A stretch of 56,755 nt of DNA, counting the filler, from Platydemus manokwari (Eukaryota): the NCBI GenBank assembly GCA_037951405.1. It is 5 parts of 5 records of this genome, joined end to end, with 100 filler letters (N's around TTAATTAATTAA, not from the genome) between each part and the next. Parts side by side here need not be neighbours in the genome. Positions count along the whole stretch, not along the records: positions 10,946 to 22,047 come from JBBMOY010907753.1; positions 22,148 to 35,983 come from JBBMOY011601408.1; 3 more parts are not named here. The stretch is one strand, 5' to 3'. How positions within the stretch are numbered: the stretch's first letter is position 1; the number at the start of each line of letters is the position of its first letter. A program made the position numbers and the translations under genes. The notes under the pieces were generated by a model, which worked only from the letters and a program-made list of their open reading frames with translations, made no database searches and was not told the DNA's origin. This document shows positions 14,617-26,059 of this stretch, one piece after another.

Positions 14617-15546
14617 ATGGTCGACATTTTGCATAGCGATACTTTAAACCAAAGCGAATTGTCCATAATAGATATACGTAATCAAATACAGAATGCAAAT
14701 GAAATTCGGTCAAAATTATTGAAGAAATGGATGAGATATCTTAAAATCTCATTTTTTCTAGCATCTTTCAATATGTTTTGTGCGATATTGAAAGTAATAT
14801 CAATGATTTATACATTCAAAATAATTTATGCACGCATTTGTCCTTTATATGCTACAAAAGCAGTGATAGAGTCGTTTGCTATGGCTAATTATATAGACAT
14901 ATGCAATTCAGATTTTATGATGAGTCTTCTATATGATTTCATTTTCGGTGGTTATTTATTTGTTATTTATGGAATATCATCAAAATATTTTACATGGATT
15001 CGTAATAAATGTAGATTTAGATCCAAAAAACCAACCAATGAACCTCCTATAATTCGTGATATTTATTTTGACGTGACACTCAGTGTATACAAGCATGTTG
15101 TGATTTATTTGTTTCAAACGAATTTCTTCATCGGAATAATAAATGCTTTAATTGCTATCATGGCGTACGGATATACTCGAGGATATTTAGATTGGTATGA
15201 AGTTTGTAAAAATTTGAAAGAACCAAAAACCATTGTTGAACATTTGATTCCCGATGAAACACTATTGGATTGGTTTGAAGCCAAATCGATTATTTTAGGG
15301 AAAATCAAATGCATAGATAGTAGATTCATATTTATTGGCTCGTTATTTTATGTACAGGTTATCATTTATTCTGCTTTAAATCTGTTATCGTTTAAATATT
15401 GGTCATTGAAATCTAAAACAAAAGAATTTGAAGATCTAATATTTCGTTTACATATTTATATGGATGGTAGGTTTTGCTATCACAAAACATATATTGAATA
15501 TTTGTTCACTAATAGAAGCATTGCATATAAGAGTAGTAGCAAATGA
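14617..15546 (+). CDS. Intronless orphan 4-transmembrane protein (309 aa)
   Basis: 930-nt ORF in very AT-rich DNA, four hydrophobic segments, AATAAA at and just after the stop. Confidence 0.75.
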   Translation: MVDILHSDTLNQSELSIIDIRNQIQNANEIRSKLLKKWMRYLKISFFLASFNMFCAILKVISMIYTFKIIYARICPLYATKAVIESFAMANYIDICNSDFMMSLLYDFIFGGYLFVIYGISSKYFTWIRNKCRFRSKKPTNEPPIIRDIYFDVTLSVYKHVVIYLFQTNFFIGIINALIAIMAYGYTRGYLDWYEVCKNLKEPKTIVEHLIPDETLLDWFEAKSIILGKIKCIDSRFIFIGSLFYVQVIIYSALNLLSFKYWSLKSKTKEFEDLIFRLHIYMDGRFCYHKTYIEYLFTNRSIAYKSSSK

Positions 15547-16627
15547 ATAAATTGTCCTGAAAAACAAGTTGATAATTAACATAAAATTTGATAATTTATT
15601 TATAATAAAAAATGTTGTGCAATTTTTAAGATTTGAAGTGTTTTAATACAATATTTATCTGCAATTTATTTTCGATAATATCTATTAAAATTTTTGAATT
15701 AAAAACGTAATTCAAAAAATAGAAGTCTTATTTTCAAATGTATTTTCATTTTTCAATTCAATTTTTTCCGCGAAAATTAAGAAGCTTGATTAAAATTCCT
15801 GAAATCTAAATATCAAATACAGCAACAATAATAAAATCGTTGCAATATATTTTTAATGTAGAATGGAGTTAGACGTATTGTTTCTCTTTTCGTGGTGCAA
15901 AATATGCTTAGAAAACTTAAAATAAATGCATTTCTTCCCTATGGGATTTTATTCGATGGGGAATGCGCTTACTGAATTCTGTTCGGTTTTTGTATTTGCA
16001 ACTCCTTGCCAAATGAAATATTGTAATTTTCCACTCTATAGTTGGCTCTTTATGTGCCTTATTTTATTGTGAGCTTGTTGATAATTTAAATAGTGATTGC
16101 ACAATGCTTGCTATTGGATAACCATATAATAGTATCTTCAATATTTTTCCTTTACATATAAAATTAATCAAATTGGAATCTGAAATTTTCATAGAATAAA
16201 TTAATAACAAATAGCCTTTCAATTAATATTCGTTGTGTTGGATTCTCATTTAAAATTAAATAAATTTGTTTTCCTTGTGACGTTTCAAATTACAAACAAT
16301 CTCCATAATTTTAAAAGATTAAAACTTTGCTCAATATACAGTAACAATATCAATCACGAAATATTCAAATTTAAAATCATCCACCTTTCGGGCTGATATT
16401 TAACAAATATTTAATTTAATTATTATGCTTTAAATCTATTGGTTGATTTGAAATTAAATGGCTATCAATTTGAAAATAATATTCAATCAATAGACTTTTT
16501 CCAATAGATTACAAGTTAACGTACAATATGATTCGATGATAAAAAGTTCGTCATACGAATTGATAGTAAAAAATCAAATGTTAATCATCATACAATAAAA
16601 ATAAACATAATTAAAGACTGAAATGTT

Positions 16628-16948
16628 TTATCGTATGCATTTTCCATCAACACATTTTAATCCGTAATCACATTTAACAACATCCAAAAATGGAAATGGT
16701 TGTATACAACTCTCATTGATTTGTACCAATTTGATGCATAAATCACAACATTCACAAAGTCCACCTTTGATTACCAATTCATAATGTTTATAACTCTGAC
16801 ACACTTTTCTTATATCGATACATGTTAGTTTGGAACAGTAATTTATAGGACATGCCCCTAAATTTGGTTGAACCATATAAATGAATCTTATAATTAATAT
16901 CGTAATAAATGAAGATAATAAAAACAATTTAAATAAAATTGAACTCAT
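16628..16948 (-). CDS. Small secreted or N-anchored 12-Cys protein, IGFBP-N / fungal protease inhibitor-1-like
   Basis: Hydrophobic N-terminus then CPINYC..C..C..GGLCECCDLC..ESC..CDYGLKC..GKC, matching the GCGCCxxC..GxxC..CxxGLxC pattern. Confidence 0.75.
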   Translation of the reverse strand: MSSILFKLFLLSSFITILIIRFIYMVQPNLGACPINYCSKLTCIDIRKVCQSYKHYELVIKGGLCECCDLCIKLVQINESCIQPFPFLDVVKCDYGLKCVDGKCIR

Positions 16949-17062
16949 TGATTAAATATGTATTTGAATCATGATCGAATTTTTCAGATTGTTGATAATA
17001 TTCTTAAATAAAGCTGATTAATAAAATATTTCTTTGTTAGTTTTCTGCCAGATATTGATGTA

Positions 17063-17908
17063 TTAAAAACATTTGTGTTTTAGTAAATCATCAAATTTTA
17101 TTCTTTCATTCGGATCCAATTTCAGACATTGATTAATTAAATCCCGTAATTCTTTAGAACCATTGAAAAAATCTGTTTTTCTATTTTCTTTTGGATCAAT
17201 CATATTTTCATAAGGTGAACAGCCTTCTAAGCAAAAGAACATCAGACAACCCAAACTGAATACCTGAGATGCTTTAATATTATAATATTTTCTTTTCACA
17301 CATTCTGGACTCATGTAACCGATGCTGCCTAAATAATAATTACAACTCTCTATTTCTCCTTGTATAACATTTTCGAAATCAATTATTTTAACTTCTTTCG
17401 TTTCTTTGCGAATCATTACATTTTCAGGTTTGATATCGAGATAATGAAGATTTAAATAGGACATGCGTTGTATATAATCAATCACGTCATACATAATCAT
17501 CAATAAATCATATTCGGTAAATGGTTTCCGAACAAAATCAAATAAGTCTTCCCATTCATCACACAAATCTTCCATGACTACGTAATGACAAGATTCTGTT
17601 GTCAAATAATGGTAAATTTGAGGAACAAATAAATGATTTTTCAATTGACACAACACATCACATTCTATCAACGGAGATGTTTGATTGGTTGCTTTCGAAA
17701 ATGATTCAATGTATGATTTTTCAAATGATTTTATTATCACTGTCGACGAACCACTGAGTTTCATTAAATCTCTAGCCTGAAAAATTGTCTTATTTTCGGT
17801 TGGCATTTTGAGGTATTTGATTATTTCATATCTAGATAAGACATCAAATGTATTTTGACTCATTTTAATTGATATTTCATGAGATAAGTAGTCGATCTTT
17901 AATATCAT
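17063..17908 (-). CDS. Intronless Ser/Thr protein kinase, PIM-like (CAMK group), with atypical motifs
   Basis: VIIK, DLFDFV (PIM-like), YLDIKPEN, KIIDFE, GSIGYMSPE, QVFSLG (subdomain IX Asp absent, as in PIM), CLKLDPNER. True start may be the second Met (MSQNTF). Confidence 0.88.
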   Translation of the reverse strand: MILKIDYLSHEISIKMSQNTFDVLSRYEIIKYLKMPTENKTIFQARDLMKLSGSSTVIIKSFEKSYIESFSKATNQTSPLIECDVLCQLKNHLFVPQIYHYLTTESCHYVVMEDLCDEWEDLFDFVRKPFTEYDLLMIMYDVIDYIQRMSYLNLHYLDIKPENVMIRKETKEVKIIDFENVIQGEIESCNYYLGSIGYMSPECVKRKYYNIKASQVFSLGCLMFFCLEGCSPYENMIDPKENRKTDFFNGSKELRDLINQCLKLDPNERIKFDDLLKHKCF

Positions 17909-20329
17909 TTGATTATGTAATTATTGTGAAACGATAATAAGGAAATTTATTTATCAATTACACATTATGAGTTATATTTCTAATAAATTGCACAAAAAAT
18001 TTCAGAAAAGCAGGTAAATTTATTCTAATATTTAAAGAACGATATACTTAATAAATATCTCACTTAAATATTTTAACAAGATTATAATCCTGAATTTTAG
18101 GATTAATTCTGCAAAGAAACTTGCTAATAATAATTGAACACAGATATTGTTGGGTAAAGTCAACCCACAATAATAATTTGAATCATCAACCCTTAAAATT
18201 AATTCTGAAAATGGTATTTTAAAAATTTAATTCGCATCACCATGGTAATTTAATATATTGCATTAAAGCATTAGTAACCTTGAATCACTATGGAAAATTA
18301 ATAAATCACTATGGGAGAAAAAGAAATTACAGAAAATTAGTAATCACTCCCACATAAAATCTGGGTATATAAGCCCAGCCCAAATTTGGAAAAGGGCATA
18401 TTAAATTCTGCACAAAATTCATCACTCAATACGCGAACAATTATTCTACTTCAGCCGAGTATTTGGACAATCTTCACCCGAGCGGAAATTTCTTCAATTA
18501 TCTTCATCAATATACGGGATAATCTTCATCTAACAAACATTGGGATCTCATCATCCAATCAACGGAATAACATTGGAATTCACTATATCTACTGAACCGA
18601 TTCGAAATGTTTTCAATTCATTCAACTTTCTGATAATATTATGTCAATGATAAATTTTATTAATTCCAAATCGATTAACCCTTACAAAGCTCGATGATAT
18701 TTGTTGGGCTTAAAAACTAACTTCCTTTAGTTTATTGTCCCAGGTAGGGCGGTACCTAATTCCCTACATCGGTTGTTCATTTTCTTCAAGGCACAACACT
18801 AATATCTTTAAATTCATCACATTACACGTTTGATAATTTTATATTATAATAAAAGTATTATTATCATTGCTTCATTATTTTATTGTTCTATCATTATTAT
18901 ATTATCATAATTATATAGGCAAACTATTATTCTGATTGGAATCAGATCATTGGTGGAATCCCATTTTTCTTATTTTAATCATATCTAGTTTAACTTACAG
19001 ATCGTTCAACGAGTTTATATCAGTTGAATTATCTTAATATGTCACACCAAATACTACTTAGAACAGGCTAGTAGAATTCCATCAATATTGAAACAATTTT
19101 AAATCGGCTATTGTCGAGTAATTCATTTCTATGCAATTAAAATTTGATTATTTAGAAATGTTTTGCTCCATTTAACAATTTCTTCAAAGGACTCATATAA
19201 CGTTTTCTAGTAAGTTCTATTAAGATTACTGCAATGGATGAGTTCTGTTACCACTTTTATCTTAAAAATGCTTTAAATAAAAAAGTGAACCAACTTACAG
19301 TTAAGCTGCTTATTAAAATTTTAGCACTGATACAAAAACATCACCATTTTATTTCTTTACTTTAAAACGAACGAATTGAGTATGACTCGAGAATGAATGA
19401 GCCTTCAAAATTATCAGATTTTTATCGACTAGGACGAAATCTTACAAAAGAAAAACGGAATTGCACCTTGGAACCTTTGTTTTAACACTTAACATTTTCA
19501 TACTTACACAACCATACAGGCAGGTAATCAACCAATCATAGCTGAGTTTGAAGGAAAACGATAATTGGAAAAATGGATAGACACACAACAACACACACGT
19601 AAGGATTGACTAATACCGCACATACAAATACCTACAAGCCAAATAGAAACATGGAAAAGTAAAGATCAAACCAAAATGGGACACAAGTACGGCACACGAA
19701 TTAAATTCAGATCTCAAGTATAAAAACCTATGTAAATTTGGCCTACTGCCAGTTGGAAGCAAAGTTCTGGTTACATATTGATGCATTGCATTCAATTTGT
19801 AAGTCCTACTAAGTTGAACACATGTCGTTGGTAGCGAAGTTTCAGTTGTAAATTTTTGATACTTTGTGATAGTTAGAAATAAAGATTTTTGCAGTCAGCA
19901 ATTATTTGGTTATTCAGAATAAAGACCCAACACTTTTTTGAATATAAATTTGAATATATATAAATGGTTAAAATATGTTCAATGTTCTCTTTTCCTGTTT
20001 GATTATGCCTTTGCGAAACTCATGGGCAAAGCATTTATATAATAATGTTGGACTCTGGGGCTTTCGGCAATTTTTAAAACTAAAACTATAAGACAATAAT
20101 CATGTGCATCAATGTACAATTTTTTGTTTAAAGTATAAAAGTATTTCATAGCATGAAAAAATAAAATTGAACATTTTTATGTAAATTCAGAAAGCTTTAT
20201 GATCAACAGAAAAATAATATAATATTAATTAAACCCAAAATAATGACCCTTAGAACGAATAAAAACTGGTATTGATAAAATTCATTAATTATCAAACATC
20301 TTGACATTAATATAAACAAATAAAATTCA

Positions 20330-20960
20330 TTAAATTTACCTCTTAAAAATATACTTAGCGAATTTATTAATAATCGCACATACTAAATTCTAGCTGTTAA
20401 TAAAATAATCGAGCACAGTAAATAAAATTATCACTCGCTACAGATAAAATATTCAGCTAGAATAAAGTAAATAGCCATGTATTGAATGGAATAATAGCCA
20501 TGTAAAAATAAAATAAAATAACCATGCATTTAATCGTAGAGAAATTCTCTCTTATATAGCGAAATAATTGCATAGAATTTATCTTTGTTACAATAAATTC
20601 CAGTGCAGTAAACATATATGCCCCACATTAAAAAATATTTGTAAAAATGGCTCTGCGTTGCATATATAAGGCAGTGACAACAATTATTATGTGCACAACT
20701 GTTACATAGGAAAAACAAGAACGCAACATCGAAGATCATTTTCTGCTGGGTTTTAGGGTTAGGATATACCCAGTATTCTAGTGGAAGAATTAACAGTAGT
20801 AATCTATATTTAAATCCAGATATTAGTATATATCGCACACTCTTCTTATTTGTAGAAAAAAGCTAAAATATATTTGCAAAGACACTTCCTCAATACAGTC
20901 TTCTACCCTAAATAGTACATAATCTCAACGTCCAAGTGTTGGTGTTCGGGATTGCTTGGT
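20330..20960 (+). repeat. LTR-like dispersed repeat, copy 1
   Basis: Collinear blocks shared with 38500-39330 (minus) and 43860-44340 (plus): TATATA(A/T)GGCA, AGTA....TGGAAGA, CGCA.A.TCTTC.TAT.T. Confidence 0.65.
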
Positions 20961-22147
20961 TAATTTTATTATCAGTCCCTATATTCAAAATAGTATTGTG
21001 GATCAATGCCGTCTTGACCAGTCTCTGTGAGTTCTGATCAACCTCTTAAGGTACACACAATTAAACCTTATCTTATAATCTTTTTTCTATCACTATCAAT
21101 ACTATATGGAGATAGTACGATAGCAGCAATGATCCAATCAATATGTTTTATGATTATCAGTCTCAACAATTTACACCGTTTAATCAAAATTAGTCTCAAT
21201 TTTAATTGTCCTATTCTTATATCCATTCTAATCAACAACTCAACATCTTTGATTACAATAACGTTTATTAATTACGAGATATACAACAAATGTTTTGGTT
21301 AAAACTACACTATACAGCAAATATAAAAATGACCTAGACGACGAAACCTGCAACTTCTGGAAAGAAATCTGTTGCAAACTTCAACTTTAGAAGCCGAACC
21401 TTTACCTTTAAGATGTTTTGAGACACAGCTCGATAATATGATAATAACGCGAAATACGGTGTATAATACAGATTATGATTTTACAGAATCAATCTAACTC
21501 GATCGATCAATATAATGGCAAAAATCGAAGGGCATATAACACAAGGCTTCTTATGGCAATATGTATCTTGAGTTCTCATTGTATTGAAATGAATTAACGC
21601 ACTGGAGTCCTAGTGGTTTCACGATAAGATAATGAGCGAGTTGTGGTGATTTCAACTCCTATTTATATGGTTTGAAAGTCGGCGCTATTTAATCCTCCCC
21701 GAATAAAATATTTGGATACATTTTCTGGAAAAATTCCCTCATTTTTAATTTATAAAATCTCTTTAATCTTTCCGCTATTATTTTCATTGCCATTAAATTA
21801 ATCGTATATATAATTATAATAAATTGTTACGTAATAATAATATATATTCTCCTTTTCAGAACTGCAGGAATTTAAAATCATCTTTGCATAAAAATATATC
21901 GCTACAATGCGATAAACTTAACAATATCGCTACAGCGCGGTAAAAATAAAAATAAAATAGTTGCTTCATGCAATATTAGGCTGAGTCAAAAGTTATTCAT
22001 GTTTTTTAGTTGTTTAAAGTTTTTGTTTTACCAAATCATTTAAACATNNNNNNNNNNNNNNNNNNNNNNNNNNNNNNNNNNNNNNNNNNNNTTAATTAAT
22101 TAANNNNNNNNNNNNNNNNNNNNNNNNNNNNNNNNNNNNNNNNNNNN

Positions 22148-22758
22148 ACACCTATTATCATTATTTCTTATGTTCAATATCTCTCTTGAAAACATGGGTA
22201 ATTTTACATAACTACTTCCTACTAGTGAATTATATTTTGTCAACTCAAGAAGTAATGATTTTACTCTAACAAATCTCCAACCAGATTTACCTTTATGTAC
22301 TTCACGTTCACTTATATAATTATTTAATTCATCTAAACTTCCATCTATAAGTATGTTAATTAAATTTCTATTTGTTATTCTTTCAGGTTTTATATAATGC
22401 TGAAAATCCCTTAAATAATCTTCTTCATAATCCTCTCCATCTTTTTTAAACTCACAGGTAATTGTTATTTGATATATAAATCTTGATTTAACAAAAATAT
22501 AAAAATTATTTATTATATCAACCAATTCAGTTCTTAGATTATATATTTATATTTTATATTTACATCTTTTACTAAATCTAATTTTATCTTATCATACTTT
22601 ACCTCATATCCATATTTCTCATAAACACCTTTAAAATCATTATTTAGTTCACCTTCTCTAGATCTTATTTTCTCCGCTTCTATTAAATGAAGGAATGATT
22701 TTTTATGAGAAATTAAGGCTGTCTTATTTTTTAAATATTTATCACAATATTTTATCAC
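22148..22758 (-). mobile_element. Polinton/Maverick-like protein-primed PolB N-terminal fragment, frameshifted, running into a gap
   Basis: Zn-finger-like CDKYL..SHKKSFLH, then GKSGWRF...GSSYVKLP...ILNIRNNDNRC, matching the GSGW..GSSYIxLP..INIxNxDxxCF signature. Confidence 0.7.
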
Positions 22759-24715
22759 AATAAAATTCTAAATTGGGTTCATTCATTTTTAATGAATATT
22801 TTTTTAATTAGAAATTATTTTTATGATTGTTTTACATTTTTTAGTTAAATTATCCCATATGAGTAGATGTAAAACAGGTATTCTTTTCCAAACCCAACCC
22901 ATAAATTCGAGCGAACGAAGTGAGTAATTGAAAAAGTAATGTGGACAAATTATTCTTTGGCAATCGATATGTATAGTAAGGAGCAAATGTAATTTGATAA
23001 GCACTCACATATTTAACAGAGGTTCATTGATAAAAAAAAACAATAACAATACACTTGAAAATATAAAAAGCAGGCATCTCAAATTCACAAATATTACCTC
23101 ATTGAGGTGAAACACAAACCAAAGTTGTACATCAATTTCCAATCACCTAAGCACGGCTTCTTAATCTATTTCTGTTAATAATATTATTCGTTTCGATTTG
23201 ATTTTTTCACTAACAAAATTCTAATTCCACTTTATTTAAAGTCAGATATGAACTAATTATTTTTAAATTTCATTAATAATAATATTAATAATATTGTCAC
23301 AATAATAGAAATTCTGTTTTTTCAATAGATAATTAAAAAAATAATTAAAAAAATCAATAAAACAGCAAAATATAATTTATTACAAATCCAAAAACACTTT
23401 TGATAAATCAAAACAAACCATCAAATACAAATTCAGATAAATCAAAATACTTTATTAAACAAAGATGGTCAGTTAGAAAAATAAACAGATCGAATACTTC
23501 TTTTGTTGTCATTTTCATTTCTTAATTTCGCGTGTATTTTTAAAAAGTTATTCGATTCTGTTACCAATGGTTGTCATAATATTCTGACAACAGTGTCAAA
23601 AATTTATTAAATGATATACTCAATTATTAAATATCTTTAATTTATTGTTTTAGTACTCAAGTCATGTGTTATAAATCTCCTTATTATCGTGATAACATTG
23701 AAACAATCTTGATAGATTATTGTCATTATTAAATCACACGGTTAATAAATGAAAATATAATTTATCACGTTTGTAATATAATAAAATATAAAAGTCAAAG
23801 TCATTATTATAAAAAAAACCGCAATCACTATTCGGATCACAAATGTCTTAAGCACCCAGAAGAAGATGAAACACCCACATGTGTGTAAGAGAGAAAGAAT
23901 CCAATAAACTATTGATGATTTTGAGCTCTCTATTTGTGTAGTTATATGTGTGTCTGTAAACCATGTGTATAAGTTCAATGATTTTATTCCTATCTATTTG
24001 TCATATTTATTGACAATTCTTTTGGTTTTTTTAATATAATATTTTATTCATCTTAGCGCAGCACTATTTTCGTTATTTTTGATTTCCATTCACTTCTCTC
24101 TTGAATGATTCATACCACATACAAAGTTTGTCAGTTGTTTTAACGTTAAATAATTTCTTTAATAATAAACATTGGTCAAATTAAAAATGCCAGAATCAGA
24201 GAAATGAACTTCCATGTTGATTCAAATGATCATGATAACGGAAATTATTAATAATTATTGAAATGCCCGGTTAGCTATGTAATGTGACACATGTATGATC
24301 GATTAAAATAGCTTTGTAATGATAAATGTATCATTTTATTTGTTTTAATATGTGAATTTGCTGTTATGCAAAAGTTTCTAATTAGTGTGCGTCTTGTTTG
24401 ATAAAAGATTATTGACAATGATTGATTGCATTGATCAGGATATTTTGCACCAATATTTATGTAAATCGAAAGTAACTTTATAAATATAAATAAATTCCAA
24501 TGTGTTCATAATTTGTATGTTGTTGCTAACGAGAACTCGGGGATTGTTTTGAAAATTATTCAACAAATGATCGACATTCAAACCGAACAATAAAATTCGC
24601 TTTTGATCAAAGGAAATCAATTCAGAAATGTCATTTGAATGTTAATGTTAAGGGAGAGTCATTAATAATGAATTGAAAGAATTAATTTAAATTGATTTTT
24701 ATTACAAATCATGAA

Positions 24716-24769
<54 letters not shown>
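24716..24769. repeat. (AAT)18 microsatellite
   Basis: Perfect trinucleotide run. Confidence 0.97.
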
Positions 24770-26059
24770 CTTTTTTAAATTAAAGGTTGAATTATTGTGG
24801 AGTCAACTCTCGCTTAATAAATCACATCAAATAAAATGAAAAAAATTATTTGTTTTTTAATATGCAACCTCATATAAACTGATTTTAAGTTTATAAAAAT
24901 CTTGTACTTCTCTACTCCTTGGGTTTTTATTTTCATTATCAATATTTATCTGATTATCGGTGCCCATTTATTCCTTTTCGAATGGTAAGTGTTGCTATAG
25001 TTCATGTTTCTTATTGTTGGATTCTAAAATAATCTTAGGTTCCAACTTGTATTTTACTAAAACCTACTAATCAATACGAATAAAAATAATTATAAATTCA
25101 ACAAGGTTTCAACATAAACATCAGCAAAAATCTTGGCTTCCTACTAGCATTTGAACGTTCGTATATCAGTATTTATTTGTCAGGTTTCAATCGGATTTAT
25201 TGATTTTGTATTCTTGAAATTGGTCAATTACTATGTGTGTGATGATGTATGGCTATGTCCCTTTTTCGAATTATAATTTTCCATTTAAATCATCTGTGAT
25301 TGTTTGGTTGCTATGCCCGTTTGGTTGTGTAGCCACACAAATGCTTAGAGTGCTAAAATAAATGTTCCCATTCCCAAAGTTGTTTTTGGTTTGCAAGATC
25401 GCATCCCTACTCCGCATCATAAATGGTGAATCAATACCTTTTTGGTTAGCCTTTTGTACTTACTTGTATGAATTGAGAGTGATACAAACCGATCTGTTAT
25501 GTTTCATTAGAAAATTGGTTTTGTTTAATTTTATGTGGTTCTTTGATCGTTTAATGTACTTTAGAATAAAGTTTCAGAATTTCCTGAGTTTCCATTGTAA
25601 AATCATTTTCGTCAATGTGAGGGTTTATTGACGTATAATAATGCAGTGCTTAACTCTAACAGATCTGTAATATCATCGATTTGAGCAAACTTATGTACCA
25701 AGAAGATTATAATATCACAAATTCGTTCGGAATCCTGTTAATCCGAAAGACATTTTGGGAAATTAATATAAAACTTTGATCGTACCATAATTTCTTTCTT
25801 GATTTCCACTTGATGGTATCGTTTCTGGTCATCTTTTACCGAAAAATATCAATATTATTTTAATTTATCGAAAATCATGTCGGACATTGTTATTACCATG
25901 TTTTATGCTATCTTTTTTATTCATAGTATATACAGATTCTTTCACTGGCATATTTTATCTGTACAAATACAAAGAGTGATCGTCATGACAATGGAATTTG
26001 ATAGATAGTTCTATTTTTCATTACTTCAACTATTTGTTTATTGGTATATGGTAATCAAA

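Noticed and set aside
23733-23978. Overlapping short frames on both strands (2-TM on minus; His/Cys-rich on plus)
   Set aside because: No convincing start or partner exon; cannot tell whether either is real.
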